Origin: Takakia lepidozioides
Taxonomy: Eukaryota > Plantae > Bryophyta
Direction of reading: 5' to 3'
DNA length: 64,000 nucleotides
Assembly (NCBI GenBank): GCA_030704615.1
Contig: CM060733.1
Span: 12,648,001 to 12,712,000, forward strand
In this document: positions 61,151 through 64,000 of the stretch, piece after piece
Numbering within the stretch: the stretch's first letter is position 1
How the letters are laid out: every line of letters begins with the position of its first letter
Made by a program: the position numbers and the translations under genes
The notes under the pieces: model-generated
What the model was told of the DNA's origin: nothing
Seen by the model: the letters and a program-made list of their open reading frames with translations, nothing else
Database searches by the model: none

Positions 61151-63934
61151 AATGGCAAGCTTGCAAGAATGTTGCGAGCTTCTCCTCGTCTCATCTCCTC
61201 CTCCTCTCCTCCTTCCTGCATCATTTGCTCAACGCCTCCATCCCACGCCCCTGCATATCCTGCGATCATCGCGTTCCATCCCTCGGCTACATGGTGTGGT
61301 GCAGGGAACCAAAAAAAAGGCCAAGTCCCAGCCCTCCTCTGTGTTCAAGATTACCCTAGTGGGCAACCTTATTAGCAACTTTTTGACTTTTTAATCTTTT
61401 GCACTTTGATTCATTCTAGGTCAGAGGCTAAAGTCCTGCTATCAGACTTGTCTAGAAAACCAAAACACCACGTAGACAAACATTTGATAATGGTAATAAG
61501 ATATATTACCATTGGGCTGGTTTGAACACTTGTTAGTAAATTTAGGTTAGGATTTTTAGGTTAGGATTTTTTCAAAATATTCTGGGTTTTTCTTTGATGT
61601 GTGAGATGACAAAGTCCAAGCATGTCACATAAACAAGGAGTTCAACGTAAGGATGATGCAAGTGATTTGTGGCAAAAAGTGTAAATCATGCCTATGCCTA
61701 TTTGTCCTAGTTGTGTCATAGGTTGCAACGGAATGGGGCCACCTTTGAATGCGATCCCCATGCTCATTTCACCAAGGGCATTATAGACTTCATAATGTAG
61801 AGATTGACAATGGGGTGTATTCTTCACTTGCTAGTACCATCGTGCAGATTTCTAAACATGAACATGAAGTTCATAATCATTTTCCAAGGGCATCATTCTC
61901 AAACTCCCCATACACCACAATCAGTGGAAATAATTGTATGTTCCCATTTCACACAGGTGTGTAACATGCCATGTAAACTAAGCCAACCCCTGCCACGGTC
62001 ATGGCTGTTTTCACACCGTTCTTGCCTGGGGTGTGGACCACATGTGAGACACCCCACAGTTAGGGCATATTTAGACCCACACCTTGGCTCAGTGTACAGA
62101 CCCGTGATAAAAGCCGTGGAATGTGCCAGGTGTGAGATGGCAGAGCCGTGGAAAAAGCCGGTTTCTCTTTTAGTGTGTGCAGACATTGGTGTTTGAGGCA
62201 TATTGTTTTGTGAAGAGAGGGTCTACGTTCAAATTCCGCAACGACGGTCGTCTTGTTGATGCCGCTGTGAACCCTGTTACCTACGATGTCCTCTACAACT
62301 ATGTGCCCCACTCCAGTATGCCGAAGGACACAAAGACAGGCAAACCGTGGCGGTACAGCCGGACCCGGAGCCTGCTTTCATCCAAACCCTCATGGAGACG
62401 TGCTCGGATGTCCAAGGGCAGATTCTTGACCTCACATGTGGCACGAGTAAGCCTTCACGTGCACATTTTGTCCCCTGGCCCGATTGCAATTGTATGCCGC
62501 ATGCTACTAACCGCCCGCTTTGTCCCTCAGGTGCTTCAATGTGGGCAGGGACGTTGTCCGATAGGCATGTCTTCGCCTTCGAGCCAGATACTGCCCTCCA
62601 CAACTCCGAACTTGCAAAGATTGAACGTCTGCCGAAAGAGGAAGAGGCATCCTTGGAGGATGAGGAAGAATCCGACAAGGAGCAGGGGGAGGTACAAGTT
62701 GGGATCGAGACCGAGGAGCCCCCGGTTTACGAGTGAGTGGTTGCATTGTAAGTTGCCTCCTGATTTTGTGAGGCACCTCCCTTCGCTCTCTTATTTCATT
62801 GAAAGACCTTTTTTTGCTTCTGCTGATATTGACATTTTTAAAGTGGATTTGTTCTTACTGCAGGATGTCAAGTACTGCAAGAGGGACGTCTACACCGCAG
62901 TTCATGGGCAGGAGGAACGTGCCTTTTTTTGCCAGGGGGGATTTCATGCCTAGTCCAGAAAGGGACTACATCCTTCCTACTTATGCTGCCCGGCTTGCTT
63001 CGGTGTCCATTAGGAGGTCTTCCAAACCTAGTTGTGTACAACAGATTTTAGACGAGGCAAGCCTCAAGAAAATGAAGATGAGGGAGGAGGCAACAGCTAT
63101 TAGAGCCCGTCAGGCTCGTAGATTTGTCTTGGATTCTGCTGAGGAAAGTGGGGGAGAAGAGGCAGAAGATTCCCAGGAGGTGAGGTGGACAGTCCCCCAA
63201 GGAGAGGACGGAATTTTTGAGAGGCATAGTGGAACTGATGCATCACAGAGCTCGGAGGATGGGGGGGATGAGGGGGATGAGGAGGAAGGCAGGGCAAGTT
63301 CCTCGGAGGGTGTATGAGAGTAGTGCCCATTCCGGCTATGACAGTTACGACACACTTGTATGATGTGGCTTGCCACAAAATTTGCAATAAAATGTTGCAT
63401 TTCATTTCTATGACGAGTCCACTGGTGCCAAATTCCAACTTGATATGACCCTATTTCCGTGCCTCCTAACCCTATTTCCGTGGACACACAATGGTCCGCT
63501 CATGTTTTTTTTTTTTTTTTTTTTTTTTTTCCCGCTCATGCTCATGCCGCTCATGAAATAGCAACCCCCGGCTGAAGCACCCTTGAGTACCCAAGGCACT
63601 CAAGGAGGCGGAGGCGCTCACTAGGTGGAGCCCCGCACACCGGGTTGCGGTGGGGTGGGTCCACGAGGGGTGGTGGTAGCTTAGTGGGTCTTAGTGGGTC
63701 TTAGTGGGGGTGGCATAGGACTCACCATGGGGCGGAGACCTTGTGGTGGGAGTCATGGGGAGTCTTGGGACTCATCACGGTCCAATGGGGCTGTGGTGGG
63801 TGGGCCAAGACTCACCGCGACTCATCACCGGGAATCGAGGGTCTTCGTGGTGGTTCGCCATAAAAATGGCATGGTTGTTTGTGAAACCCCCGCGGACAAT
63901 CACAGAAGTATATATAGGGAGTAGTAACCCCGAG

Positions 63935-63967
63935 AACGGTGCAAGCCCGTTGGTGACCAAAAACTAG
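63935..63967 (+). mobile_element. Helitron-like 3' terminus (hairpin, spacer, CTAG followed by T)
   Basis: Hairpin AACGG-TGCAAGC-CCGTT at 63935-63951, a 12-bp spacer, CTAG at 63964-63967, then T. No 5' TC terminus was identified, and the stem is short. Confidence 0.4.
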
Positions 63968-64000
63968 TGAGTAAGCGAGCGAGCCGGAAAGCGACCAAGG

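Larger units (their letters stand above)
56604..62175. mobile_element. Non-autonomous Pack-CACTA element 2
   Basis: TIRs CACTAGAAGAGAAACCGGCTTTTTCCA (56604) and TGGAAAAAGCCGGTTTCTCTTTTAGTG (ending 62175) differ by one mismatch. TSD TGT at 56601-56603 and 62176-62178. Subterminal TTTTCCACGG/CCGTGG repeats are present. Confidence 0.94.
51617..63317 (+). pseudogene. Multi-exon ParB-like domain / beta-class DNA methyltransferase (N6A/N4C type) fusion gene, decayed and split by CACTA-2
   Basis: Exons are ~51617/51677-53059, 53180-53357, 53460-~54300 (internal structure uncertain), 55394-56519, 62183-62446, 62531-62732 and 62864-63317. ParB-like FYVWDRNHRLLAW is at 52893-52931. MTase motifs appear in beta order: (ACDMI)LDIPDG at 56262, LLDDGGCMVV, REPAFIQTLM, ILDLTCGT|SAS at 62422 and RHVFAFEPD. 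Confidence 0.72.

Overview
Intron-rich nuclear DNA of a land plant. A non-seed lineage (bryophyte, lycophyte or fern) seems likely from gene content and PLS-PPR material, but this is inference. The left ~39 kb holds seven host genes whose exons I reconstructed by hand: plastocyanin (3' end), a small microexon gene, an OZ1/VAR3-family RanBP2 zinc-finger gene, VPS37, a peptidase M50B-like gene, an SGNH/PC-esterase-like gene and a BRAP2/BRIZ RING-ZnF-UBP gene. A LINE family that appears to target (TC)n sits in two introns. The right ~25 kb is a nested transposon complex. Two non-autonomous CACTA elements with matching TIRs and 3-bp TSDs (44131-50556, TSD GGT; 56604-62175, TSD TGT) each carry a decayed chimeric cassette of OSB-type PDF motifs and PLS-PPR repeats. 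Removing them in silico reveals an older, decayed three-gene module: a MULE/SWIM DDE transposase, a convergent Cys/His-rich PLATZ-like gene, and a multi-exon gene with a ParB-like domain fused to a beta-class (N6-adenine/N4-cytosine type) DNA methyltransferase. One intron of that gene carries ~7 copies of a dyad-symmetric 146-bp repeat. This putative methyltransferase-carrying plant DNA transposon is the main candidate for an undescribed system. All family assignments come from manual motif recognition and need HMM or structure confirmation.
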